From the NCBI GenBank assembly GCA_030324005.1, contig JARDVH010000149.1, forward strand, positions 15,116,294 to 15,180,293: DNA of 64,000 nucleotides, in the 5' to 3' direction. Made by a program: the position numbers and the translations under genes. The notes beneath the pieces were generated by a model. That model searched no databases. It saw only the letters and a list, made by a program, of their open reading frames with translations, and was not told the origin of the DNA. Shown here piece by piece: positions 47,200 to 60,409 of the stretch. Source of the DNA: Negaprion brevirostris. Its lineage: Eukaryota. The first letter of the stretch is position 1. Each line of letters opens with the position of its first letter.

Positions 47200-49454
47200 T
47201 TTCATAATCGTACAAGAAGCTTTATTATCAAGCAACATGCAATCTTGTAATGGCAAACATGTAATGGCAAAGCAGCAATCTTGTTTGAATGATGCAACCT
47301 GTTACATTGAAACATGTTATTTGCTTGTGGCCTCCAGCATTGAGTTGGCTAGACTGTGCTGAATCAATGGAAGGGCACCCTGTACGCGCAGGTTCTGCAG
47401 GTGCCCACACTGTGACAGGTGCTCACTAGCTCACACAGCTGGTTTTGAGAGTTTGGGTTGGAACAAGAGGGTGCGTGAAGAGCCATTTGTCACACATCAG
47501 GGTTATGATCCATTTCCTGGCCTTGCTTCTACACTCTAGGCTGGAGTTGCAGCAGGAGTGCACCAGAAGGCCTGTGCGTTGCAGCTACAATGGCAATACG
47601 GACATCACAAGGCTTACTGCTGGTTTCAACATTTGGACATTAATATTGGATTTGAAACAGCTGAAGTAAATCAGCTTTTCAGGATCCAAAGAACAGTGAA
47701 GGAATTCACTGCTTGATTAAATGTAAATGCATCATAGCTGTAGATAAAATCATTATCAATTTTTCACTCATGTTCAAAAGTTCACATCTATTATTGCCAA
47801 TTAGCTTCTCAATGTAGGCCAGGGGAAGAATATTACGGAGGGGTGGAACCTCCACCCCCCTCACTTGCCAGAAGCAAAGTTGACATGGAGTGGGCTTGCT
47901 CCATGCCAGCTGCAGCCCCTCACTGGGGAGCACGTCTGGCTCTAGGGACTGACCTCCAGTCAGTTCGCCCTGCAGCTCCGTCAGTCCTGCTATCACCAGG
48001 GGCACATTGGGAGCGCTGCCAGGACTGCAAGCAGGAGGAGAAGGATGCACAATGGATCCTGGACACAGTTAAGTCCAAGGTCTTGGGCAGGGAGGGTTTG
48101 GGCAGGTTGGGGAGGGGCATGGGTTGGGAGTGGGGGATTTAATGCAGCAAGCTGGTAGGAAGAAAGGGCTGGGGGGGGGAGGGTCTATGTTGGGAATGCT
48201 AGCTCCTGATCTGCAAAGGGAAGCCCTGCCAAAGATAATACACTTATTTAAAATGAGGCTACCCTCTCTTGCCAGATTGCCCACAATTCATGTTATGGGC
48301 AGTGTATTATTAAGGTCATTTGACTTGGTAACAAGTCCAATTGATCCTTGATTGGGTGGGCTGCCAATTTTGGTGCCTGCCCTCCCACCATATTATTGGA
48401 ATGAGCTCAGGGGTGGACTAGGAGGTGGTGGGATGGGTATCATTCTATTTTTTGTGCCCCCCCCACTCACCCCACCAAAAGTAGCCCCGGATTTTACCTA
48501 CTATAAGGGATTGACACAAGTGTGAAGATAGATTTTGACCTCCTTCAATAGAAAACCTTTCAGTATGCAGTAAGGTTTGGTTCTAACTCCAGTAACGATT
48601 CTATAGCAGCCAAAAGAAATACAAAAATGTAGTCAGGTGGAGAACTATTGGGATTCAAATAGTGAATGAACATGCACCATTTCTTGCTATATAGCTTTAA
48701 ATGCTGGACTATTGTTCATAATGTCTTTTTATATTTTTTTTCATTGCCACCATTCCCATTGCAGATTTTGGCATTAGGAGTTGGGTTAATACATGAGCAG
48801 TAGTCTGCTCTGCATATTTTTTAACGTTGATGAGATGCTAGTTTTTTGCAACGGGGCCTGGTGTTACAGATCCAGTTTGTCACACCTCTTGCCAGCTAAT
48901 CATTCCTGGGAATTAAACAACATGGAATAAGACTAATAATCTTATCTGCGTTTGTAACTTGAAATGCTGATGGGTTTTGAAGAGCCCAATATCAATGTTT
49001 GGACACCTGAGCTGTTTGTCTTGCTGACTCACTTCTGACACGTGAATCCTCGTTGGTGTGAGCAAGTTCCCACATGGAACGTCGGCCACTCTGGAATGAA
49101 AAACTGCCATATGTTCATTAAACTCCTTCAGTGTCTGAAGGTTAAACATGATGTATAATTAGTATCAGCAGAGATTGGCTGAGACCGTCACGTTGCCATC
49201 ATTGCCGTAGTATTCGAGTCCTTATTTTTATTAAAGTTTCTGCACACAGGCATTGTCCTGGATTTTTACTTCGCTGAAAGCTGAGGACACCTCATGTTGG
49301 ATGGGAGATCGGAGGCCTCATGGGGAGTGTCGTGGGTGGAGTGCCCAGTGGCAGAGGTTGCCAGTCAGGCAAGGCAGATCCAGGAAGTAGGTGTAAAGGC
49401 AGTTGCCTCTTGAATTTGATAAGTATTGATCAGGATGTAGCTCCTGCAGAGGTT

Positions 49455-49630
49455 CGGTAGATTGGCCATTCTAAATTGCCCCTAGTATCCTAAGATTTGT
49501 AGGTTAGGGGGATTAGTGGGGAAAACATGTAAGGTTACGGGGATAGGGGATGCTCTGTTGGAGAGTCAGTGCAGATTTGATGGGCCGAATGGTCTCCTTC
49601 TGCACTGTAGGCATTCTGTGATTCTATTCT
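49455..49630 (+). mobile_element. HE1-type SINE 3' half
   Basis: attggccattctaaattgcccctag ... tctccttctgcactgtaggcattctgtgattctat. Confidence 0.8.
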
Positions 49631-50397
49631 CTGATTCCCTGAAGTTCAGGAAATCCAACCAACAACAGTTACAGTCAAAAAGCTGAATGGTGTGAGGCTC
49701 GCAGCCTGATTATCTCACATAAAGTATCAGTCCATCTCCTTGGAGTGGGCAGATCACTTGTCCATCTTTCAGCTTCAGTAAAAGTCAGAAATGGGCGAGT
49801 TTCAGACAGGTTGGCTTTGGTATTCTGATCTTTAAGATTTTAATCCATCACATGACTCAAACCTGTCTGTTTTGCTTGGTTAAAATTCCCTCCATTACCC
49901 CAATGGTGACTTACCTTTAAGATCTCCCAACCTGAAATGTTGATGAAGGTAATGTTTGTTATATCTTGCACTAAAATTATTTAACACCTTGAGCAAATGA
50001 AGATCCCACATTATTGTGCAGCATAACTTTTACTGCAGTAAAATAATATTTGTTGCTAGCTTCGCTTGGCATGTAACTTGAATTTATGATGAAATGACTA
50101 TGAGTTTGTAGTGACAATCTGATCCCCACTGGGCTTTGTTTAACTCAAAGGGGCTCATGGATCTGTCTCAAAGGTGAATGGCAGCAGGAACTTCCAATGA
50201 TAAACTGCACTGCTGACACTGATTGATTAGTGTAATTATACTTTCATAAAAAAGGAAATGTAATATGATCATTCTTATCCCTTTTCTGGAATGCACAGTA
50301 AATACTCTCTCCTGCCGATCATGTTCCTGCTCAAAAATGGGAGAATAAAACTTCATTCAGCTCTTTGGATTGAGACCTTCTTAAATTTTCTCTGGGG

Positions 50398-50725
50398 TAC
50401 ATAGAAACAAAGAGCAGGACTGGCCATTCAGCTCCTTGACACTGCCCTGCTATTTAACAAGCTCATGGTTGACCTGATAGCAACCTCAAACCTGCATCCT
50501 GCCTACCCCAAATAACCTATCATCCCCTTGCTTAACAAGAATCAATCCGCCTCTGCCTTAAAAATATTCAAAGACTGCTTCCACTGCCTTTTCAGGAAGA
50601 GAGCTCCAAAGACTAACGACCTACTGAGACAAACTTCCACCTCAGCTTCATTTTAAATGGGCGACACATTCTTTTTAAACAGTGACCCCTAGTTCTAGAT
50701 TCTCCCACAAGAGGAATCATCTTCA
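50398..50725 (-). mobile_element. CR1 3' end
   Basis: Minus-strand PLVGESRTRGHCLK; tail catagaaacaaagagcaggactggccattcagc. Confidence 0.8.
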
Positions 50726-51264
50726 CCAGACCATGCAAGATATTAGCAACCCAGAGGGAAAGGTTAATAGCCTCAAAAAGAAGTCTGTACCTCCATTCCA
50801 CAAACCCACCACTTGTGCGGAGCCCATGTCCCACTTGGACCTCTACCTAGGGCCTCTGGAGTCTTCATCCACCCCCTTCCAGTAAATGATGTGGTATCCT
50901 TTTGACCCCCATTTTTGTGAACTTTTAATGCAACCTTGACAGGCTCCAGCTTCCCTCCCCTGGGTCTTTCCGCTTCTTTCCATTTTTCATCTTCATCTAT
51001 CTCCTTGCTCCTCTGCCTGCCTTCTTCAGCCCTTGCCTTACCTACTGAACTTCTTGCATTGCCCTCTCTGTGTTCATTAGGCCATCATCCTCATCCCTGG
51101 CATGGAAATGGAGGGCAGGAACCAGTGTGTCCTGGCAGAGTGGTGAACAGGGCGTCAGCAGCCCTGCAGCACAATGGCAGAAAGCTTTGCTCCATCCACC
51201 TCAAAATCTCTAGCGAACTGTCTTGTCTTGTGCATAGCACTCATTAACAATCAAGTTTTTTAAA

Positions 51265-51785
51265 TTTGATTTATTATTGTCACATGTATTAATATACAGT
51301 GAAAAGTATTGTTTCTTGCACAATACAGACAAAGCATACCGTACATAAAGAAGGAAAGGAGAGAGTGCAGAATGTAGTGTTACAGTCATAGATAGTGTGT
51401 GGAGAAAGATCAACTTAACGTGATGTAGGTCCATTCAAAAGTCTGTTGGCAGCAGGGAAGTAGCTGTTCTTGAGTTGGGTGGTACTTGATCTCAGACTTT
51501 TGACTCTTTCTCCCAATGGAAGAAGCTGGAAAAGAGAATGGGCTGCGTGGACTCCTTGATTATGCTGCTGCTTTTCCAAGGCAGTGGGAAGTGTAGACAG
51601 AGTCGATGAATGGGAGGCTGGTTTGCATGATGAATTGGGGACCCTTTGTAGTTTCTTGAGGTCTTGTTCAGAGCAGGATCCATGCCAAGCTGTGACACAT
51701 CCAGAATGGAAGCATTCTATGGTGCGTCTGTAAAAGTTGGCGAGAGTCGTAGCTGACATGCTGAATTTCCTTAGTCTTCTGAGAG
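51265..51785 (-). mobile_element. Rex1/Babar non-LTR retrotransposon, 5'-truncated
   Basis: TLANFYRRTIECFHSGCVTAWHGSCSEQDLKKLQRV...HSLFQLLPLGERVKSLRS..LKNSYFPAANRLLN, typical Rex1 ORF C-terminus. Confidence 0.9.
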
Positions 51786-53618
51786 GTTTGATGCTGACAT
51801 GATTTCCTGCTGGGTGTGAAGCAAGATTGGGAGGCCTGATGGGACACTGGCTGGCAGCTGTTTAAATAAACGTTCATGAGATGCGGATGAATGCAAATAG
51901 TGTTCTCCCCACCTGCCAACAGGATGACTGATCCATCATTAAGAGAATTGCAATGTAATTTTACATGGGCGGATTTTCAATTTTTTGGTGCACACTAAAT
52001 TCTCACTTCCTGTCTGCCGCTACCTGCCATGGACAGTTTGGGAGAACACTGCCTGATGTGTGGCTTGGAGGGGAACTTTCAGTTGGAGGTGTTCCCATGC
52101 ATCTATTGCCCTTATCCTTCTGGATGGTAGAAGTCATGGTTTGGAAGGTGCTGTTGAAGGAGCCTTGGTGATTTGCTGCAGTGCATCTTCTAAATGGGAC
52201 ACACTGCTGTCAGTGAGCATTTGTGCAGGAGAGAGTGTACATTGAAGGTGGTAGATCGGGTGTTGAACCTCTTGAATTTTGGAGCTGTACTCAGGCAAGT
52301 GGACAGTATCCACTACTGACATATGCCCCATAGATTGTGGACAGGCTTTGGGGAGTCAAGAGTTGAGTTACCAACTGTAGAATTTCCAGTCTCTGACATG
52401 CTCTTGCAGTCACAGAATTTAATTGACTAACCCACTTAAGGTTCTAAACCCCAGGATGTCGNNNNNNNNNNNNNNNNNNNNNNNNNNNNNNNNNNNNNNN
52501 NNNNNNNNNNNNNNNNNNNNNNNNNNNNNNNNNNNNNNNNNNNNNNNNNNNNNNNNNNNNNGTTGAGTTACCAACTGTAGAATTTCCAGTCTCTGACCTG
52601 CTCTTGCAGTCACAGAATTTAATTGACTAACCCACTTCAGGTTCTAAACCCCAGGATGTCGATAGATTGGAAGTCTCTGGATGGGGTGGGGAAGTTGGGT
52701 GGAGCTTGGAAGGGTAAGGATGGGAGAAGAGGGTGTATGCTGCAGGGAATCAAACAATTTCAGGGACGAAGTGAGATCAAACTGTGATAGAGAGCGTATT
52801 CAAGCAGTAAGTCGCAGAGAAGACTGGGTGACACAGGTAGCCACAGTTTCAGAAGGCTAAAACATAATGTTTTTTTTTAAAAATCACAGATTGCTTCCCT
52901 TCTTGGACAGATAACAGAGGTTGAACTTTCCTCAAGGACAGTGGGGATCACTGCTTTCTCTGAGCAAGACTGAGAAAGATTGCATTTGGGAGGCTGGGAC
53001 TTTGTTATTGGGATTAATTGATTATTTCACATCTATTGCTTAGACAAAGGAATAGATTTTGCCTTGTCAGTTGCAAGTGACAATGATGCAGATTCTACCA
53101 AGGCAGTTTTATACTCAAAGCATTCTTATCCAGCAATTCTCTATTGTTGACTCTCCAACTGACTTTCAGGACAATGTTTCCTATGAGTGTACAATGTTTG
53201 ATTCAGCTGAAAGTTTGATGCTGACATGATTTCCTGCTGGTGTGACGTAAGATTGGAAGGGCCTGACAGGACACTGGCGGGCAGCTGTTTTAATGAACAT
53301 TCATAAGATGCAGTTGAATGCAAATGGTTTTCTCGTCACCTGCCAATAGGATGACTGACCTGCCATTGAGAGAATTGCAATGTAGTTATACGTGGGCAGG
53401 TTTTTGACTTTTTGGTTCTTGCAAATTCTCCCTTCCTGTCCACTGTCACCTGCCATTGGCAGGTTGGGAGATGGCTGCCTGATGGGTGGCTTGGAGGAGA
53501 ACTTGCAGTTGGAGGTATTCCCATGCAGCTACACCCCCTTATTCTTCTAGATAGCAGAAGTCATGGTTTGGAAGGTGCTGTTGAAGGAGTTGCTTGGCAA
53601 GTTGTTGCAGTGCACCTT
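51786..53618. repeat. Old local duplication: 51786-52190 and 53213-53618
   Basis: Both start gtttgatgctgacatgatttcctgctgg and remain colinear for ~400 bp. Confidence 0.85.
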
Positions 53619-54469
53619 CTATTTTTATCTTTTTTTATAAACGTGGCTGTCAAATCATGTCATTATCATTTGGCATGTGTAAGAGAATGCAAGTTGCTTT
53701 CTCAACGTTTTCTCAAGGAATGTGATTCTGACCTTGCCCAACTCCCTGTTGTGGATCATTACCAGGGAGGACACAATGGACCGTACATGCATCGCGCATA
53801 TATCGATCATTGACTAGCTTGGTCATCTGAGTGCATTTCACTTTGATCTACTAAACTCGTTAATCTTTAATCAGTTTTTTTTCCTCTTAAGAGATTTCCT
53901 GTTTGCTATCCATCTGTTTGATTGTTGTCTAGTGTACAAAGCACACGGGCCATCCGACTAGCTTCATTAGTGTACTTAGGCTTCATCAATGTACTGATCA
54001 AACTGTTACTTGGTGAAACCCACAACAGAGCCCAACAGTACAAATCCGAAAAGAGCCTGTTGCAAACCATTTATAATACATGCGAGAGTTCACAGAATGT
54101 TCAGAGCCCTGTCCTTAAGCCACTATAAGGAGTAAATTTGGACCAGCTAATGGCTGGTCTTCATTTATTGGGATGCACTGCCTATGACACTTGTGCATTT
54201 GCTGCGTCTGAACATTTAGTCACTGCCGACTAAAGCTAAGAACAATTTAAATTCTACAGCAGTTGTGTCACAACAAATTCATTCGGCACAAATTGCTGTT
54301 GCCTCTGACCACTCATTGTGTTTGCAGTGAATAAAGTAGTATCATTCAATGTTGGGGCAATTAACAATGAGTTAACTATTGAGGCTATATTGACCCTGTC
54401 ATCGCTTAACCCAATCTCTTTCGGTTCTTTGAAGTGGACATTGTTAAAGAAATTGTGATTCTTTACCAA

Positions 54470-54685
54470 CAATGTGGTTATAAAAATCCCGAGATGCTTC
54501 ACAGGGTATTTATCAAACAAAATATGAAGCTGAGATACACAAAGAAATGTTAAAACTGTGGCTAACAGCTTGCTCGAATGGTCGGTTTTAAGGCGCAACT
54601 TAGAGTAGACAGAAAAAGAGGTTTAGGGAGGGAATTCCAGAACTGTGCACCCAGGCAGCTGATGGCTTGGTCACCAATGGTCATG
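54470..54685 (-). mobile_element. L2-like 3' end
   Basis: aaatcccgagatgcttcacagg...ggtttagggagggaattccagaac...ggcagctgatggc. Confidence 0.65.
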
Positions 54686-54939
54686 AATAATATATAAACA
54701 GGGCTTAGTGCAAAACAGGAAAATGCAATTCAATCTAACAAGCCAATCTGAAAGAAAAATCCTTTCCCTATGTGTAGTTAGGAGTGAAATTCCTATATTA
54801 ATGAAAAACGTGACGATGCACAGCTTTCACCTTAATAGCAGCCTTAAGTCATGGGACTTGAATGACTTCCAAAGAAGTGGTTCAACAGTTTTTAGAGAGG
54901 CACCGGTGTTCCCAGTGCCTGGCAGGCTAAGTTTGCTTT

Positions 54940-55330
54940 TAGAACAAAGAACAAAGATCGACCCGGCACGGGAAACAGGCCCTTCGGCCCAACGAGCCCA
55001 CGCCACCACCTCAAAGCATTTTCCTACACCTACCTTGCCCCATGTGTATGCGAATGGTACCCCTACTGTAGCCAGATTCAGGGGAGAATNNNNNNNNNNN
55101 NNNNNNNNNNNNNNNNNNNNNNNNNNNNNNNNNNNNNNNNNNNNNNNNNNNNNNNNNNNNNNNNNNNNNNNNNNNNNNNNNNNNNNNNNTGCGGCACACC
55201 ACTGGTGACTGACCTCCAGCCAGAAAAGGACCCTTCCACTACTACTCTCTGCCTCCTATTGCCCAGGCAGTTTTCGATCCATCTAGCTACCTGTCCCCAT
55301 GTGCCTTAACTTTTTCTACCAGCCTACCAA
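54940..55330 (-). mobile_element. CR1 fragments around a gap
   Basis: agaacaaagaacaaag...ggaaacaggcccttcggccca tail; gcggcacaccactggtgac (SGVPQ region). Confidence 0.7.
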
Positions 55331-56569
55331 CCTTTTCAGTTGCTCTTAATAAATCCAGCAAGTCTAGATTGGGAGAAATATAATTGACTATGCTCTTGAG
55401 ATCCCAAAGCAGCTGTGAATTATGATGAAAAGTGATTTTTTTTTAGCCAAAAGAGGCATTTTACCCAACTTGTCTTTTCAGTGGCTGAGGATTCCCTTGT
55501 CTCTTTAATTTAATGTTAAATGAGCTTCCATGTTTTAAGAGTCCTTCAACCGAAGATTTATTTGAAATAAAATGATTGTCTTAACGATAAAGGACATAGA
55601 AGGCTAAAGGGAAAAACTGCCATCATTTTAAAAGTTTGTATACTTGTGATCTGCTTTAAGAGATCTTCCATTGTATGTTCAAAATATTAAAAACATTGGA
55701 GAGTTTTTAAACTTCGTCCCTTTCAGTTTTGTCGGTTCTTCACAGCTGCGGAAGGTGAGCCTTCACGTGATGTTGCAGTATTTCCTTCAAGTTTATTTAC
55801 AAAGTTTTCTGCTCCAAAACCTCTTTGTCTGTTCACTCTTGGTAATGGTTGCAATGCCATTGGCACAAATCCACTGGGGATTAGGAAAATAAGACGATAA
55901 GATATAGGAGCAGAAGCAGGTTGTTCGGCCCATCAAGTCAATAGGATTTGCTATTATTTTCTATAATTCTATACCCAATCTTACTTCATCCAATGAGACA
56001 CTTAGAAGGGCCATTTATATTAATTAAATAAGACATCAAAATGATCTTGCCACTTTCATTTGAGATGAGAATGCAGAATCGTGTCCATTTGAACATTGGG
56101 GGCCATTTGGTATTTCATTGGTTCTTAGGCGTTTCACACATCTGACTCTAGCTGGCGCTACCTTGGATTTGAAATTGTGATCATGGTCCAGTGTGATATG
56201 ATAATCCTCAACTCCTTTTTTTCACCTTAACCCCTTAGCCCTTGATTCCTATTCAATATCCATGCACGAAAGCCAGTGGCAAATCGGTGCGTTTCCCGCT
56301 GGCAGCGCTACTCACCTCTATCTAAAAGATTAAAAATCCCAGTACATCTAATCTTGAAACTTGGCAGAATTAACAAAAATAGTGTAAAGAAAGACAATGT
56401 TAATAGGAAGTTTATGAAATCAATGAGAAGCTTTGCAGGCAAGAAGAGAAAACAATGGAAAAGAAGCATTTTTTCTGCTTTCTTGGAAGGGTCAGAGTCT
56501 TGATTTAAGAAATGCAATGTTAAAAGACTGGGACAAGACAGAACGGGTATTGTGAAAAGAGAAATCACT

Positions 56570-56890
56570 TCAGATTTAATGGCGCACGAACTGATTGTAT
56601 CACAATGAACGCTTTAATCTGCCCTGGAGCTGTCAGTCAAAAAAGCTCTTAGCCGCTAATGGACCATCAGCTGTTTGAGTAAACGAACCTTGTCTAATCT
56701 CCTCTTTGATGTACTGTGGAGCTGTCAGTCAAAGCAGTTCAAAGAGGTCAGATAGCAGCTGGGCTCATGCAAGCTAGAAAAGGGTTTCTCCCTCGTGAAA
56801 TTGAATGCTCCTGTCAATCAAGGCACTTCGTACAAGTCTGGTGATACTTGCAGTTTCTGAAATCAGCCAAGTGTAATCCCCACGGGAGAA
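56570..56890. promoter_or_regulatory. Candidate conserved intronic enhancer with TALE (PBX-MEIS/PREP) and TCF/LEF motif cluster
   Basis: CTGTCA(G/A)TCA (=TGANTGACAG) at 56630, 56722 and 56811; CTTTGAT at 56704; TTCAAAG at 56738; no recognisable repeat. Confidence 0.55.
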
Positions 56891-58279
56891 TGCAGTGCTG
56901 TTGTGATTTTGAAAGCTTCTAGATGTTCAAGGGGCATAAATTTTAATGAATCTAGGCCATTTGAAAGTTTTTATAGAACACAGACAATAATAAAGAATTT
57001 TACCAGAAAGATGCCTGAAATCAAAATCCAAAGAGTAATGTGCACATTTTCCAAGGAAACAAGGAGAAATCTGGCCCATGAGACCCCCATCCCGGGGAGA
57101 ACAACTCATTCAACTGAGCCCCCCCCCAGCCCCCCAGCACAACCTCCAGATCCCTCGAGGGATCCCCCCTTCTCTGCAGTCTGACAGTGACAGCTAGGCA
57201 CTGTTGGAGGCAGTGCATATCTCCTTGCAGCCCCCTCCACTTCAGAGTCAATAGTTCCTCATCCCCGCCTGTCGGGACAAGTAAAGATTGATGCCCGTGG
57301 GGCTTCCACGGGGTGGGGGCAGGGGAGAGCATACTGGGCATCCGGAGCATCCGGACTCAAAACCTAGTAATTATATTTAAATGAATTCTGATCATGTTCC
57401 TGGTCCCTTTGGGCAGTGGGCCGGGAGACTCGTAATGGACGTGACGCCCGGCGAGAATCTCGATTCAGTGAACCATCAGGACTTATGGCTGGGGCTAGTG
57501 GCCCCCCCAGAGATTCATCCCATACAACAGCCACAAATACACTTAAAGCCCCAGCCTCTACAGCCTTTTGTGGTAAAGAATCTCACAGATTCACTACCCC
57601 CTGAGAGAAGAAATTTGCCCTTATGTCTGTCTCAAATGGGCGACCCCTTGCCATGAGATTATGTTCTCTGATACTAGACTCTCCCACAAGGGGAAGCATC
57701 CTCATGGAAACTGGAGTCATTCAGGTTCAGTTTTTAATTGCTCATCTCCAGCGTTTGTCAACTTTGACAACCAATTGGGCAAAATGTTCTCTTTGCCTCC
57801 TCCCCACAATCAGACTACAATTCAGTGTATCTCTTTTAACTGTGCCACGATGACTAATCTATGGCGCACAGACTAATATAATCAGAAAATCAACACACTC
57901 AGGCTATGGGGGAGAGTAAATTAGGAAGTATTGGCACAAAGGATATTGTGTGCAGTACTCTTCTGGCAGAATTAATTGCAGAAAGATTTTGAGACATGTT
58001 TTGATGCGGTGCAATTGGAGCTGGCTAGGTTAGGTTCACACCTAAAACAGCAATTGGGTAAACTTGTGATTCATATTGAGTTAAACAGAAGTGGAATTAA
58101 GATACTCTTTGCGTGAAAACATGTGGGTGGGATTATCCAGCCATGCTGTCCATAAAACTGGAAAATCCTGCTCTGGTTCAACGTACCTGTCCATGATTCC
58201 AGCCCCCCCCCCCCCCCCACCCGNNNNNNNNNNAACCCAACAGGAAAATTGTCCCCAGTATGTCCAAATATGTCAGTTC

Positions 58280-58495
58280 TGAAAAGCTCATATCATTGAA
58301 AGTCTGGCGGCAGCTGTGGAGAGAGAAACACAGCTAACCTTCTAGTCCAATATGACTCTTCGGAACTGAAAGGAGGTCGAAACATGATGGGCCCAACAGC
58401 AGAAAATCCACAGATACTCAGACCTGTTGTGTTTCTCCAGCACTTTCTGCTTGTATTTCAGATTGCCAGTACCCAGAGTGGTTTGCTTTTATTTA
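58280..58495. mobile_element. Penelope P2 fragments in inverted arrangement
   Basis: gtctggcggcagctgtggagagagaaacacagctaacc... followed by the reverse-oriented ccacagatactcagacctg...ctccagcactttctg. Confidence 0.6.
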
Positions 58496-58849
58496 TTCCA
58501 CATTCGTTGAAGACCATTTGCTATTCAGTCCTTTTTATTCGTTGTTAACTGTTATTCAGAGGATGAGATGGCCTTGTACTTGTGCTATACACCTGATCTA
58601 ACCAATTTATCATGTGTGTTAAAGGATGATGCAGGAGATTTACTTCACACCGCTTCTCTGCAAATGATTTTGCTTCATGCGGTTTAGTCTCCATTGATTC
58701 CTGAAAATGAACAGCCTGAACTATCGACTGCTCGGTGCTGTTTATCAGTCTGTTTGAAGCTTGGTGTATTAATATGCCTGCATCCTGCAGCACACCAGAT
58801 CACTCACACATCAAACCTAGTACGTTGTTACAGTTATGAGGCTTATAAG

Positions 58850-59050
58850 ATCCGGCCAACATTGTCTACCTAATACGCTGCAGAAAAAGATGTCCAGAAG
58901 CATAGTACGTTGGGCAGACCATGCAGACACTATAACAATGGATGAATGAACATTGTTCGACAATCACAGGCAAGACTGTTCCCTTCCTGTTGGCAAACAC
59001 TTCCGCGGTCACAGGCATTTGGTCTCTGATCTTTGGGTAAGCGTTTTCCA
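58850..59050 (+). pseudogene. Penelope-like element GIY-YIG endonuclease remnant
   Basis: From 58855: ANIVYLIRCRKRCPEA*YVGQTMQTL*QWMNEH, then a frameshift to QDCSLPVGKHFRGHRH; VY...YVG...H pattern of the PLE GIY-YIG domain. Confidence 0.85.
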
Positions 59051-59308
59051 NNNNNNNNNNNNNNNNNNNNNNNNNNNNNNNNNNNNNNNNNNNNNNNNNN
59101 NNNNNNNNNNNNNNNNNNNNNNNNNNNNNNNNNNNNNNNNNNNNNNNNNNNNNNNNNNNNNNNNNNNNNNNNNNNNNNNNNNNNNNNNNNNNNNNNNNNN
59201 NNNNNNNNNNNNNNNNNNNNNNNNNNNNNNNNNNNNNNNNNNNNNNNNNNNNNNNNNNNNNNNNNNNNNNNNNNNNNNNNNNNNNNNNNNNNNNNNNNNN
59301 NNNNNNNN

Positions 59309-59369
59309 GGCGGGGCAGGCTCGAAGGGCTAGATGGCCTACTCCTGCTCCTATTTCTTATGTTCTTATG
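59309..59369 (+). mobile_element. Young CR1 3' tail after a gap
   Basis: Identical to the tail at 27890-27950. Confidence 0.85.
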
Positions 59370-59371
59370 AG

Positions 59372-59895
59372 CAGTTACTGTTGACCACTGCTTGATTGCA
59401 CTGTCAACAACACTTTCCACCATTATTCTGATGATTGAGGTCAGGCTTATGGGGCTGTAATTGACTGGATTGGATATGTCCGACTTTGATTTATCCAGTC
59501 TTTTGTGGACAAGGCATATCTGGGCAATTTTGTACATTGATTGGGTCGATGCCAGTGTTGTAGCTTGGCTAGGGACACAGCTAGGTCTGGAACACGAGAC
59601 ATCTGTACTATTGTTGAAATATTATCAAGGCCCACAGCATTTGCAGCGTCTTGATATCATGTAGAGTGAATCTAATTGGCTGGAGACTGGCATCTGTGAT
59701 ATTGAGGATCTCAGGAGGAGGCCGAGATGGATCATCCACTTGGCACTTCTGGCTGAAGAGGGTTGCAAATGTTTCAGCCTAGTTTGTTTGCAGTGATGTT
59801 CTGGGCTCCCCATTATTGAGGATGGAGATATTTGTGGAGCTCCTCCTGCAGTGAGTTGTTTAACTGCCCACCACCATTCAAGACTGAATGTTGTG
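59372..59895 (-). mobile_element. CR1/L2-clade LINE RT N-terminal fragment (probably family D)
   Basis: KIAQICLVHK...SNPVNYSPISLTSIIRIMVESVV. Confidence 0.75.
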
Positions 59896-60409
59896 AATAT
59901 TAAAGGTGTTAGATAAATGCAAGTTGTTGCTATTGTAATGTCTAGCCTTAAGGAATCTTAAGTTAGCCTAATTAATTGGTGTGACTTCTGATTTTCTTTG
60001 TGCTATGAATTCAGTGAGGTTCTGAATAGCAGTTGGCATCCTAATTATTTGTGTTTACTTCTAATGTACTTGGAAGAAACCAACTCTTAATAAACTCCAG
60101 TGAAATGTAGAAGACAAGAAGATGGTACTGTTTGCCTTGATAAGCTGGTGAAATTCTCACACTCTGTAATGAAATAACATTGACTAAAACCATTCATCTC
60201 AAACCCTCATGTGAGGTTTTATTAATTACAGTCAACATTCTCCTGTCTTCTTCATCAAACTAATAATTTCGGGTCCAAAGTTTGATTTTACTCCTGAGTA
60301 TTTTGGTTGTACATGCAAAGTGAAATGTTGCAGAGTGAAATACTGCAGAGCTTAGAAGTTTGAAAGTGAGAATAGATAAACCTCGATCTTCTCAGCACGC
60401 ACCAAGAGA

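Noticed and set aside
52362-52661. 100-bp near-perfect direct repeat flanking a 100-N gap
   Set aside because: The copies differ at two bases and straddle a fixed-size gap, typical of two haplotypes or overlapping contig ends in a draft assembly rather than a real duplication
56276-56568. Lys-rich ORF (+) and hydrophobic ORF (-) considered as NOS1AP exon 3 or a membrane peptide
   Set aside because: No match to YEFKAKNIKKKKV; composition is explained by A-rich sequence
58866-59537. 223-aa minus-strand ORF
   Set aside because: Chimera of a LINE RT fragment, a CR1 tail, an N-gap and antisense PLE sequence
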